From a virus (Duplodnaviria > Caudoviricetes): a stretch of DNA of 54,745 nt. The notes below the pieces were generated by a model. The model saw nothing but the letters and a program-made list of their open reading frames with translations. It had not been told where the DNA came from and did no database searches. Of this stretch, positions 47,901 through 54,480 are shown piece after piece. How positions within the stretch are numbered: position 1 is the first letter of the stretch; every line of letters starts with the position of its first letter. The stretch lies in IMG/VR virus record IMGVR_UViG_3300023210_000042, positions 1 through 54,745 of that record; one strand, given 5' to 3'. The translations under genes were made by a program, and so were the position numbers.

Positions 47901-48005
47901 CTATATATTAAAAAAACTCAACACTAATCTTATCATGGTGCGTGCTACCATGAATGAAATTATTCCTATGATTAGCCACACTATTATATTTTCTATTTTT
48001 TTCAT
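47901..48005 (-). CDS. small membrane peptide (34 aa)
   Basis: Manually translated: MKKIENIIVWLIIGIISFMVARTMIRLVLSFFNI. Confidence 0.45.
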   Translation of the reverse strand: MKKIENIIVWLIIGIISFMVARTMIRLVLSFFNI

Positions 48006-48010
48006 GGTAT

Positions 48011-48036
48011 AAAAAAGGGGTGCTGTTACACACCCC
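48011..48036 (-). terminator. intrinsic terminator
   Basis: On the - strand: GGGGTG-TGTAACAG-CACCCC-TTTTTT, just after the stop at 48045. Confidence 0.85.
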
Positions 48037-48044
48037 ATATTAAA

Positions 48045-48347
48045 TTAGAATGGCACATCTGCCTCTTGCACTGGTGCTTGGTTGGGAGCAGTGTCTACTC
48101 CATTACCATTATTGTTACGTGCCTTTGGCTCAAAGTTATCAACAAACATGTAAGGGTTGCCTGCTTGACTTTCTTTGATGCCTAAATTTACCCAACCATT
48201 TTTTTGGTTAGCTTTTAAAAACATGATAGCATCATCTACTTTGATACTCATACTTCCTAATACAAAATCTTTTTGATTAGGATGCTTCTTTCTGAACTTG
48301 AATCCGTCTGCGAATACAATCTCATCGTTGGTGTTTGAATTACTCAT
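48045..48347 (-). CDS. putative single-stranded DNA-binding protein
   Basis: 100 aa; compact beta domain, disordered N/Q linker and SSB-type acidic tail EADVPF; downstream of recombination genes. Confidence 0.65.
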   Translation of the reverse strand: MSNSNTNDEIVFADGFKFRKKHPNQKDFVLGSMSIKVDDAIMFLKANQKNGWVNLGIKESQAGNPYMFVDNFEPKARNNNGNGVDTAPNQAPVQEADVPF

Positions 48348-48510
48348 AATTATTAATATTAATAGTTCGTTCCAATGTTTCCATAGTGCTTAAGATGATT
48401 TCATCTTTTGCATCACGTGTGCTGCAGTCCATCGGAACTTCAAACCACATCACACGCCTTCCCACTTGATAACGAAGCAGGTTTTTTATAAACTCTTTAA
48501 ACCTCTTCAT
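48340..48510 (-). CDS. hypothetical protein
   Basis: Start reassigned to ATG 48510 (MKRFKEF). Confidence 0.5.
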   Translation of the reverse strand: MKRFKEFIKNLLRYQVGRRVMWFEVPMDCSTRDAKDEIILSTMETLERTININNYE

Positions 48511-49228
48511 AAAAATAGAATTGGTTAATATCTTCAGAAGGATTATCGCCATAAAACTTTCTGTATTGCTCTACAGCTTTGATAACTTTTTCCTCTCCTC
48601 TTGCCAGACTCTCATCGCTAACTGGATACATTCCCATCATGCGTGATGTCTTATCAATCACCAGAAACACTAGTGGCTTATTGAATAGCTGTTGATATAT
48701 GTACGCTTGACTATCATAGTTATAATCTCGCACACTCCACCTAAATTTTTCAATAGAGCTAGATGTCTTGATGTCAATCAAGTGTTCGCTACCGACAATG
48801 TCGGCCTTACCTTTCCACATCTCGCCATGTATTTCTTTTATCATAGGGACTTCATACTGCACCCCTTCTTCCTGAATCAGTGCTCTGAAATCATCTACGT
48901 TCAGCATGCTTTCAACTAAGTTTTCTAGCATAACCTTTTCCTTGGTTAATAAACCTATAGTTATATTGTTCTCCTCTAGGAAACTATCATACGCTTTGCC
49001 TCTCCTAGTAGCTAGGTCAATATGAGGCATAGCTGCTGCTTTTTCTGGCTCAAGTATTAACTGGTGGAAGTATCTTCCTACCAGAAAGTTCTTGTTATCC
49101 TCTTGCTTTTTATTAAAGTTCTTAGGATTTTTTAAGAGGTCACCTATATTGGAGTTAGAAAGATAATTCTTTCCAACCCCATCATAGTATTCTCTATCGT
49201 CTTGAAGTAGTTTAATGATGTCTTTCAT
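48497..49228 (-). CDS. PD-(D/E)XK exonuclease (RecE/ExoVIII-like)
   Basis: LSNSNI, GRYFH.LILEP, WKGKADIV, IDIKT and Y..QAYIY motifs. Confidence 0.85.
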   Translation of the reverse strand: MKDIIKLLQDDREYYDGVGKNYLSNSNIGDLLKNPKNFNKKQEDNKNFLVGRYFHQLILEPEKAAAMPHIDLATRRGKAYDSFLEENNITIGLLTKEKVMLENLVESMLNVDDFRALIQEEGVQYEVPMIKEIHGEMWKGKADIVGSEHLIDIKTSSSIEKFRWSVRDYNYDSQAYIYQQLFNKPLVFLVIDKTSRMMGMYPVSDESLARGEEKVIKAVEQYRKFYGDNPSEDINQFYFYEEV

Positions 49229-49230
49229 AT

Positions 49231-49842
49231 CTATATTGATTTAGCTATTTCTTTTTTCACATCATTAGTCATGGCATACTTGGTCTTTAGCTCTTCGCCT
49301 ATAACCTTAAGGCCTTTGCTTTTGTTAGCTATAACATACTTAAGCACCTTATCCCAGTTGTCATCACCAATATTTAATTCTATGGTGTTCTGTCTTTTTG
49401 GCATAGGCTTCTTAGCAACCGGCTTCTTAGCCACTGTGTTTGATTCTCCATTAGGCAAGTCCTCGCCTGCATACACATACAATCCTAGTCCATGTCTAGC
49501 GATTGCTTTAGTTAAGCTACGCTGTATGGTTTTGTTTACATCAACAGACGTAATCTTATCAAGCATAATTGAATTGTTTCTGAAGTCCATAACTGGAAGG
49601 TATTCAATATGCTCTTGCTCTTGGATTGTTACTCCAGTTTTTACCCATGCAGACTTACCATCTGTATGGTAGAACATTCCATTAATATCCTCATAGATTG
49701 TGTAGGTGGCCTTTGGATAGTTCTTCTTAACCTCTGCCCATGCCCACGCCCATGATAGATACGTTAGGTTGCTCTTCTTTTCTACCTTGTCATTTACATT
49801 GATAGAGTTCAATGTCTCGAAAACTGATTTTGAATTACTCAT
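49231..49842 (-). CDS. Sak-like (Rad52-type, DUF1071) ssDNA-annealing protein
   Basis: VEKKSNLTYLSWAWAW, LPVMDFRN and VNKTIQRSLTKAIARHGLGLYVYAGEDLP. Confidence 0.85.
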   Translation of the reverse strand: MSNSKSVFETLNSINVNDKVEKKSNLTYLSWAWAWAEVKKNYPKATYTIYEDINGMFYHTDGKSAWVKTGVTIQEQEHIEYLPVMDFRNNSIMLDKITSVDVNKTIQRSLTKAIARHGLGLYVYAGEDLPNGESNTVAKKPVAKKPMPKRQNTIELNIGDDNWDKVLKYVIANKSKGLKVIGEELKTKYAMTNDVKKEIAKSI

Positions 49843-50245
49843 AATTTAGTGATTTTAATTTATCGTTTATTTTTTTATACATGTTTAGAATTCTCTCCCT
49901 GTGAGTCTTGAGGTGTTGAATCTGTTTTGGATTTTGTTTGGTGTTCATCTCATCCTTAATCCTCTGCTCTATCCGATTTAATTTATCATGATAGGTTTCA
50001 ATGCAGAGTTTATAGACTCCATGTCTCCATCCTTTATCTACAAATTCCCACTCTGAATCATAACTTATATCCTTGTAGTAGTCACCACCCATTGCTGTGT
50101 TCTGTATCATTATATTACCGGTGTCGTTTTCTCTGGTAATCTTACAGCCATGTAGCATTCTGGACTCGTACCCATCACCATCCAAGATGGCAGCCTTGTC
50201 ATCATTTAGTGCTTCCTCAAAGACACTACTTAAAGAGTTATACAT
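49835..50245 (-). CDS. hypothetical protein
   Basis: 136 aa, coupled ORF with C-terminal coiled coil. Confidence 0.65.
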   Translation of the reverse strand: MYNSLSSVFEEALNDDKAAILDGDGYESRMLHGCKITRENDTGNIMIQNTAMGGDYYKDISYDSEWEFVDKGWRHGVYKLCIETYHDKLNRIEQRIKDEMNTKQNPKQIQHLKTHRERILNMYKKINDKLKSLNYE

Positions 50246-50532
50246 TCCTTTATATTATTGATTATTTTTTGATAGTCAGAGTCGTACTCTACCCTACCTC
50301 TTACTTGTTGTATTCCATGTATGATTGTGGAATGACCTACTTTGTATCCGTTCTCTTCCATGTACTGCTGAATGTAACGTATACGCATAGGTCTCTCATA
50401 GCAAAGAAAATATAGTAGCTGTCTAGCATCTACTATATCTCTACGCTTACTCTTGGCAAACAAATCATCTGGATTTATTGAGTACGTATCGCATACATGT
50501 GATACGTACCCACTAAAAATTGGATAATGCAT
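50230..50532 (-). CDS. DnaA domain IV-like HTH protein
   Basis: DLFAKSKRRDIVDARQLLYFLC...GHSTIIHG. Confidence 0.75.
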   Translation of the reverse strand: MHYPIFSGYVSHVCDTYSINPDDLFAKSKRRDIVDARQLLYFLCYERPMRIRYIQQYMEENGYKVGHSTIIHGIQQVRGRVEYDSDYQKIINNIKECITL

Positions 50533-50739
50533 TTAATTATATTTTTTAGATTCCTCTTGACCATACTTTATAGCCATAGCAAAGCCCTCGAATATATCAT
50601 CGAGTGCTTGTGTTGTTCTCGTTAAAGATTTCTGGTGTTTAGTAACCTTTGATAGCCAAAGGTTGTACTGATAATCGGCATCAAGTCTGTCTGCCTCTTG
50701 CTCTTGGATATCTCCGAGCATCTCTTTAGTTTTTCCCAT
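50533..50739 (-). CDS. hypothetical protein
   Basis: 68 aa, directly downstream of a consensus promoter. Confidence 0.65.
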   Translation of the reverse strand: MGKTKEMLGDIQEQEADRLDADYQYNLWLSKVTKHQKSLTRTTQALDDIFEGFAMAIKYGQEESKKYN

Positions 50740-50761
50740 AATTTTAGTGTTTAATGAATTG

Positions 50762-50793
50762 CAAATTTAATAAATGTTTATGAATTGTCCAAA
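50762..50793 (-). promoter_or_regulatory. Bacteroidota sigma-A-type promoter (TTTG-N20-TAAATTTG)
   Basis: Full -33/-7 consensus with 20-nt spacer, upstream of ATG 50739. Confidence 0.8.
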
Positions 50794-51410
50794 ACTTTTT
50801 TATTTAATTCTTCCAAAGTCTCAGCAATTCTGCCCTCTTCCAGTGGCTCATAAGCCAGGTAATAACCTGCAGGAAAAGTCTGTTCTGGAGTAACATGGTC
50901 AGATAGTAGCACCATGTATTCTACTCCATTAACTTCAACAATATCTTCTGATATCTCTGGCAAATCCCATGAGAAAGAATGTATACATTCTCCGTTCTGG
51001 TACTCTTCTTCTGCGCCAAATCCTTGCTCTTCTTCCCAGGTCCAGATAAAATCTGGCAATTTCTTGGTTAGTAAATAAAGAACATCAAAGTTGAAAGGTG
51101 ACCACGCTGTAGTAAAATGTAAAGTCCCTTGGACCTCATAATAATGGTTGTCATAGCAACCCCACTTAGTACCCCAGTTTCTATAGCACCAGTCGTACCA
51201 GTTGTCGTAACCATACAAGTCTTTCAATCTGTCAGACTCTTCTCTTGATATATTTTCTGGTATTCGCTCTGGACTTGTTGTTCCTGTCAACTCCTTAGGC
51301 ATTGGTTTTACGTATCCACATATTCCGTATTCGGTTTTGGATATTTCTTTTAATACTTTACGACCTTTGTCTGTCGTAGCTTTGATTATGTGATAAACGT
51401 GATTAGGCAT
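50778..51410 (-). CDS. DUF1281/Api92-like (YubB ferredoxin-like) protein
   Basis: MPNH...NWYDWCYRNWGTKWG...FTTAWSP. Start reassigned to ATG 51410. Confidence 0.75.
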   Translation of the reverse strand: MPNHVYHIIKATTDKGRKVLKEISKTEYGICGYVKPMPKELTGTTSPERIPENISREESDRLKDLYGYDNWYDWCYRNWGTKWGCYDNHYYEVQGTLHFTTAWSPFNFDVLYLLTKKLPDFIWTWEEEQGFGAEEEYQNGECIHSFSWDLPEISEDIVEVNGVEYMVLLSDHVTPEQTFPAGYYLAYEPLEEGRIAETLEELNKKVLDNS

Positions 51411-51561
51411 AATTATTTTTTTTAAGTGATTCAATTTCTTTTCTAGCATCTATTAGGTCTAGCTTTGTTTGGACTAACTCATCCTCATCTTTCGCTAACT
51501 GAATTTCAAGTGCACTTATCCTTGCTTCAAGGTAGTCCACTAAGGTTTCTTCTGTGCTCAT
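51403..51561 (-). CDS. small coiled-coil protein (52 aa)
   Basis: Manually translated: MSTEETLVDYLEARISALEIQL...; ATGA overlap with the upstream gene. Confidence 0.6.
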   Translation of the reverse strand: MSTEETLVDYLEARISALEIQLAKDEDELVQTKLDLIDARKEIESLKKNNYA

Positions 51562-51764
51562 ACCTCAGTTAGTTTAGTTAAACGCTCCATTTTCACCTCG
51601 TCTGAAAGTGTGTCCCAGTTGCTTGGTGGTTGCCAGTCTGGAACAGCATTACGCATTGTCGCAAATGCTATACGCTGTTTGTAAGCTACCTTGTCTGCCA
51701 AGGTGCTGTTTTCGTTGGTCATGTCTCCAAGGAGCATGAACATCTTCATTGCATCTATACTCAT
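51558..51764 (-). CDS. hypothetical early protein
   Basis: 68 aa; first gene after hammerhead 1. Confidence 0.7.
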   Translation of the reverse strand: MSIDAMKMFMLLGDMTNENSTLADKVAYKQRIAFATMRNAVPDWQPPSNWDTLSDEVKMERLTKLTEV

Positions 51765-51792
51765 AATAAAATAAATTTAGTGGCTTTCGCCT

Positions 51793-51850
51793 GATTAAGA
51801 GAGTAGGAAAACTCCTACCCTTTCGACTACTAAAGTCTCATCAGTTAATC
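51793..51850 (-). ncRNA. hammerhead ribozyme, type I (copy 1)
   Basis: GAUUAA-CUGAUGA-GACU(UUAGU)AGUC-GAA-AGGGUAGGA(GUUU)UCCUACUCU-C^UUAAUC. Full core; CUC triplet; predicted cut 51799/51798. Confidence 0.93.
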
Positions 51851-51860
51851 TAAAGTTCGA

Positions 51861-51892
51861 CAAATGTAAAACTTAATTTCGACATATCCAAA
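51861..51892 (-). promoter_or_regulatory. Bacteroidota sigma-A-type promoter (TTTG-N20-TACATTTG)
   Basis: Full consensus; the -7 element ends 10 nt before hammerhead 1. Confidence 0.8.
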
Positions 51893-51894
51893 TA

Positions 51895-51912
51895 TACTAT
51901 GCATGCATAGTA
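51895..51912. promoter_or_regulatory. perfect 18-bp palindrome, possible operator
   Basis: TACTATGCATGCATAGTA, 2 nt upstream of the -33 element. Confidence 0.5.
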
Positions 51913-51915
51913 AAT

Positions 51916-52059
51916 TTACTTCCAACCATTCTCTAATTTAATTTTCTGCCACCACGTTAGCTGTTGGTATTCTAATTCTGTGTAGATATGCACTCTATTT
52001 TTCTGGTCCACGATTGCGTGTAGTCCAGTCGGCAGAATTTTGTGTTGCTTAATTTTCAT
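51916..52059 (-). CDS. small hypothetical protein (47 aa)
   Basis: Manually translated: MKIKQHKILPTGLHAIVDQKNRVHIY...; ATGA overlap. Confidence 0.6.
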   Translation of the reverse strand: MKIKQHKILPTGLHAIVDQKNRVHIYTELEYQQLTWWQKIKLENGWK

Positions 52060-52316
52060 AAGTGCCCTCCTATCTTGTCTACTTCGTATCTGTACTCACA
52101 TGGTTGGTCTTTGTCTGTCCAGTTATAGTCAGTGTCCATTCCAAAACCATACTCATAGTCAGTGGCTCTCATCTGGTCTTCGAGTTGCTCAACCCATAAC
52201 TCTTCGTGTTCATTCACGTAGTCTTGTACATCAAACTCATCAACAGAATCTGGTATTTCGATTTCGATTGTTGCTACTTTGTAGTACACATTTCGCTGTA
52301 AAATTTTTACTTTCAT
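52056..52316 (-). CDS. acidic hypothetical early protein
   Basis: Start reassigned to ATG 52316 (MKVKILQ), because the ORF-track start lies inside the ribozyme. Confidence 0.7.
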   Translation of the reverse strand: MKVKILQRNVYYKVATIEIEIPDSVDEFDVQDYVNEHEELWVEQLEDQMRATDYEYGFGMDTDYNWTDKDQPCEYRYEVDKIGGHL

Positions 52317-52429
52317 AATAAATAATTTAATGATTAAGACAGCTATGCAAATAGATTGCACAACTGTTTCGGATACTGAATCCTCATCAGTTAATCTTTA
52401 CTTTCATTATAAATTATTTAATTGATTAA
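52302..52429 (-). repeat. imperfect ~36-nt direct repeat flanking hammerhead 2
   Basis: TTAATCAATTAAATAATTTATAATGAAAGTAAAGATT (52429-52393) versus TTAATCATTAAATTATTTATTATGAAAGTAAAAATT (52337-52302). Confidence 0.7.
52332..52396 (-). ncRNA. hammerhead ribozyme, type I (copy 2)
   Basis: GAUUAA-CUGAUGA-GGAU(UCAGU)AUCC-GAA-ACAGUUGUGCAA(UCUAU)UUGCAUAGCUGU-C^UUAAUC. GUC triplet; predicted cut 52338/52337. Confidence 0.95.
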
Positions 52430-52583
52430 TACTCTCTGAGAAATCTACTCCAGCTATCAAGTTATTATCAAAGCAATAGTGTTCCATAACATCTCCATCA
52501 CTATCTAAGATATCATAACAACACTTATCACAAGTTTTGTACTCTGTGGTATGCGTGTTTAAATTTAGTTTATTGTTTTTCAT
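52407..52583 (-). CDS. small Cys-containing protein (58 aa)
   Basis: Manually translated: MKNNKLN...CDKCCYD...HYCFD...NNL. Confidence 0.6.
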   Translation of the reverse strand: MKNNKLNLNTHTTEYKTCDKCCYDILDSDGDVMEHYCFDNNLIAGVDFSESINQLNNL

Positions 52584-52600
52584 AATATCTTCCCATTTTG

Positions 52601-52771
52601 TTAATTGTTTATTAGTTCATAAATTAAATCTATTATCTCGCCATCTGTGGCTCTCTCGCCATCAATTTCTATTAGATGGTTAATGGCTTCGATGACCCTC
52701 ATCATGCCAAATCCCTCTGCTATCTCTCTTGAGTTACCGAGGTCTATTAATTTTTCTGCTTGTTCTTTCAT
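52601..52771 (-). CDS. small acidic protein (56 aa)
   Basis: Manually translated: MKEQAEKLIDLGNSREIAEG...TDGEIIDLIYELINN. Confidence 0.6.
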   Translation of the reverse strand: MKEQAEKLIDLGNSREIAEGFGMMRVIEAINHLIEIDGERATDGEIIDLIYELINN

Positions 52772-52804
52772 CGTTAATATTTTTTAGTTGTTTATAATTT
52801 AGCA

Positions 52805-53056
52805 TTAAGAATATACATGACCAAACTCTTCCAGTTTTTCTTTGGCTTCATGGTACATGCGTAGGTATTTTATACGCATCTGAAGGTGTTCAATATCCTT
52901 GAGTCCGAAGGCATCTTCGTCTGGACTTTCGTCCAGAGTTTCTTGATAACCTTGGATATCATAGTAGTTCCAGTCGTAATTTTTATCGTCTGGATATCCG
53001 TTGTTGAGGTTGAAGTATTCCACTATCAACTTCTGTGCTTTGTGGTTTGCTTTCAT
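52805..53056 (-). CDS. hypothetical early protein
   Basis: 83 aa ORF. Confidence 0.65.
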   Translation of the reverse strand: MKANHKAQKLIVEYFNLNNGYPDDKNYDWNYYDIQGYQETLDESPDEDAFGLKDIEHLQMRIKYLRMYHEAKEKLEEFGHVYS

Positions 53057-53057
53057 C

Positions 53058-53399
53058 TTAAATTGTTTTATAAAGTTCGTGTAAATTTCCCACTGGGTTA
53101 TCTGCTTTAGCTAGTGCTTTACGCTTCATGTCGGCAGTCAGTCGTTTTATCCCATTGCTTTCCTTGTAGGCACGAAGATAAGTTCTTTCTTTGTCCTCAA
53201 TCAAGTCACCCACTAACTTCTGCATGCATGACCTAAATCGGTAGGACTCCCACGTTCTGTTGTAGTATCTTACCTTGGATTCAGCAATAAAGTTTCCGTT
53301 AGCATAAAGTTCAGACTTGTGTCCCCATGCTCGACTTGTGTCCCACCCACGACTTAATATTTCGTAAGTGATTCCGTTAATTTCTTTTGTGTGTTTCAT
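53058..53399 (-). CDS. hypothetical early protein
   Basis: 113 aa; KVRYYNRTWESYRF motif. Confidence 0.7.
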   Translation of the reverse strand: MKHTKEINGITYEILSRGWDTSRAWGHKSELYANGNFIAESKVRYYNRTWESYRFRSCMQKLVGDLIEDKERTYLRAYKESNGIKRLTADMKRKALAKADNPVGNLHELYKTI

Positions 53400-53409
53400 G
53401 ATGATGTTT

Positions 53410-53697
53410 TTAGTAGGCCGAAGGAACGAATACTGGTAGGCCTTGGTTAAAATTATAATCTACTTCCATAAGTTCAGCAAACATCTGGCTTAGCTCTACA
53501 GCTACCTTTGTTAGCTCTGGATTACCTTGCCAGTTGTGTATGGTGCAGTCGTTCTGGATGCTACCAAGCATCCCACCCCCAAGGTAGTTGCAATAGGTTG
53601 TCATCTTCTGGTCATCATAGCCAAAAGGAGTTAGGCTAATTTCAATACCACCACCTCGTGATGTAATTTTTTCTCTTAAGATTTCAAATTGTCTCAT
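53410..53697 (-). CDS. hypothetical early protein
   Basis: 95 aa; NYLGGGMLGSI motif; first gene after hammerhead 3. Confidence 0.7.
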   Translation of the reverse strand: MRQFEILREKITSRGGGIEISLTPFGYDDQKMTTYCNYLGGGMLGSIQNDCTIHNWQGNPELTKVAVELSQMFAELMEVDYNFNQGLPVFVPSAY

Positions 53698-53713
53698 AAT
53701 AATAATTTTTAAT

Positions 53714-53767
53714 GATTAAGACCACCTGTGAAGGTGGTTTCGACTATTGAAGTCTCATCAGTTAATC
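53714..53767 (-). ncRNA. hammerhead ribozyme, type I (copy 3)
   Basis: GAUUAA-CUGAUGA-GACU(UCAAU)AGUC-GAA-ACCACCU(UCAC)AGGUGGU-C^UUAAUC. GUC triplet; predicted cut 53720/53719. Confidence 0.95.
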
Positions 53768-54085
53768 TTCGATGTGCTCAAGAATTTCATCTATCGCATA
53801 CTCAATCCATTCGTACTCAAGGTCATCAACGTATATGATATACTCTTCATCAGTCTGGTGATAATTGTCTTTTATAACCTCTTCAAGTCGTTCAGATAGG
53901 TCGCTGTCATAGTAGAAAACATCATCCTCAATATTCAATTGTGTATCTGGCTCATGTGCCACGAAGACCTCATAACCATCAGCAGTGCTCTGGCTATAGA
54001 TTGCATAGTCTGGTCTATTGTAGTCATCAGTCAATTTAAAATTGAAATGGTCTTGTACTTTTTTTAATTTACTTTCGTAGTTCAT
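53762..54085 (-). CDS. acidic hypothetical early protein
   Basis: 107 aa; its last codons GAU UAA form stem I of hammerhead 3. Confidence 0.75.
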   Translation of the reverse strand: MNYESKLKKVQDHFNFKLTDDYNRPDYAIYSQSTADGYEVFVAHEPDTQLNIEDDVFYYDSDLSERLEEVIKDNYHQTDEEYIIYVDDLEYEWIEYAIDEILEHIED

Positions 54086-54091
54086 AATGTT

Positions 54092-54313
54092 CTAATATTT
54101 TGACAGAATTTCTCTGTCGTTTTCTAATTGCTTTTCACTTAATGCGTTCATCATTGGTGTCGTGTCTTTATCCCACGAATAAAACTGACTGTCGTTTGTT
54201 TCGTCAATACATCTTATTGATGTAACCTCGCTTGAAAGAAATTTGTCTCTCTCAATAACATCGAGAACCCTAATCCAATCATCCGTCATAACATCTAATA
54301 TAAATCTTGCCAT
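54092..54313 (-). CDS. hypothetical early protein
   Basis: Start reassigned to ATG 54313 (MARFILDV). Confidence 0.65.
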   Translation of the reverse strand: MARFILDVMTDDWIRVLDVIERDKFLSSEVTSIRCIDETNDSQFYSWDKDTTPMMNALSEKQLENDREILSKY

Positions 54314-54317
54314 AATT

Positions 54318-54467
54318 TTAGTTATTAAATATTCCAATTGTTTTGTACCCTCTGGACTCCATAAAGTCTATGTAGTTGTTTAGGTGTTGTTCGTCATTAA
54401 ATTCTTTTGTTATAGTCTTGTACGTCTTGTACCAATGACTTTTCATAGATAGTGTTTTTGTTATCAT
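54318..54467 (-). CDS. small hypothetical protein (49 aa)
   Basis: Manually translated: MITKTLSMKSHWYKTYKTITKEFNDEQHLNNYI...; first gene after hammerhead 4. Confidence 0.65.
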   Translation of the reverse strand: MITKTLSMKSHWYKTYKTITKEFNDEQHLNNYIDFMESRGYKTIGIFNN

Positions 54468-54480
54468 AATTATAATTTTT

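Noticed and set aside
47933-47953. Inverted repeat TCATGGTG-CGTGC-TACCATGA as an origin hairpin
   Set aside because: It is short and falls inside the plausible 34-aa ORF 47901-48005; evidence is insufficient.
52317-52361. N-terminal extension MQSICIAVLIIKLFI of ORF 52056-52361
   Set aside because: It overlaps stem III and the cut site of hammerhead 2; ATG 52316 has the typical leader.
41239-53110. + strand ORFs inside the - strand module (for example 49271-49672, 52040-52318)
   Set aside because: They overlap recognisable - strand genes and have no independent support.
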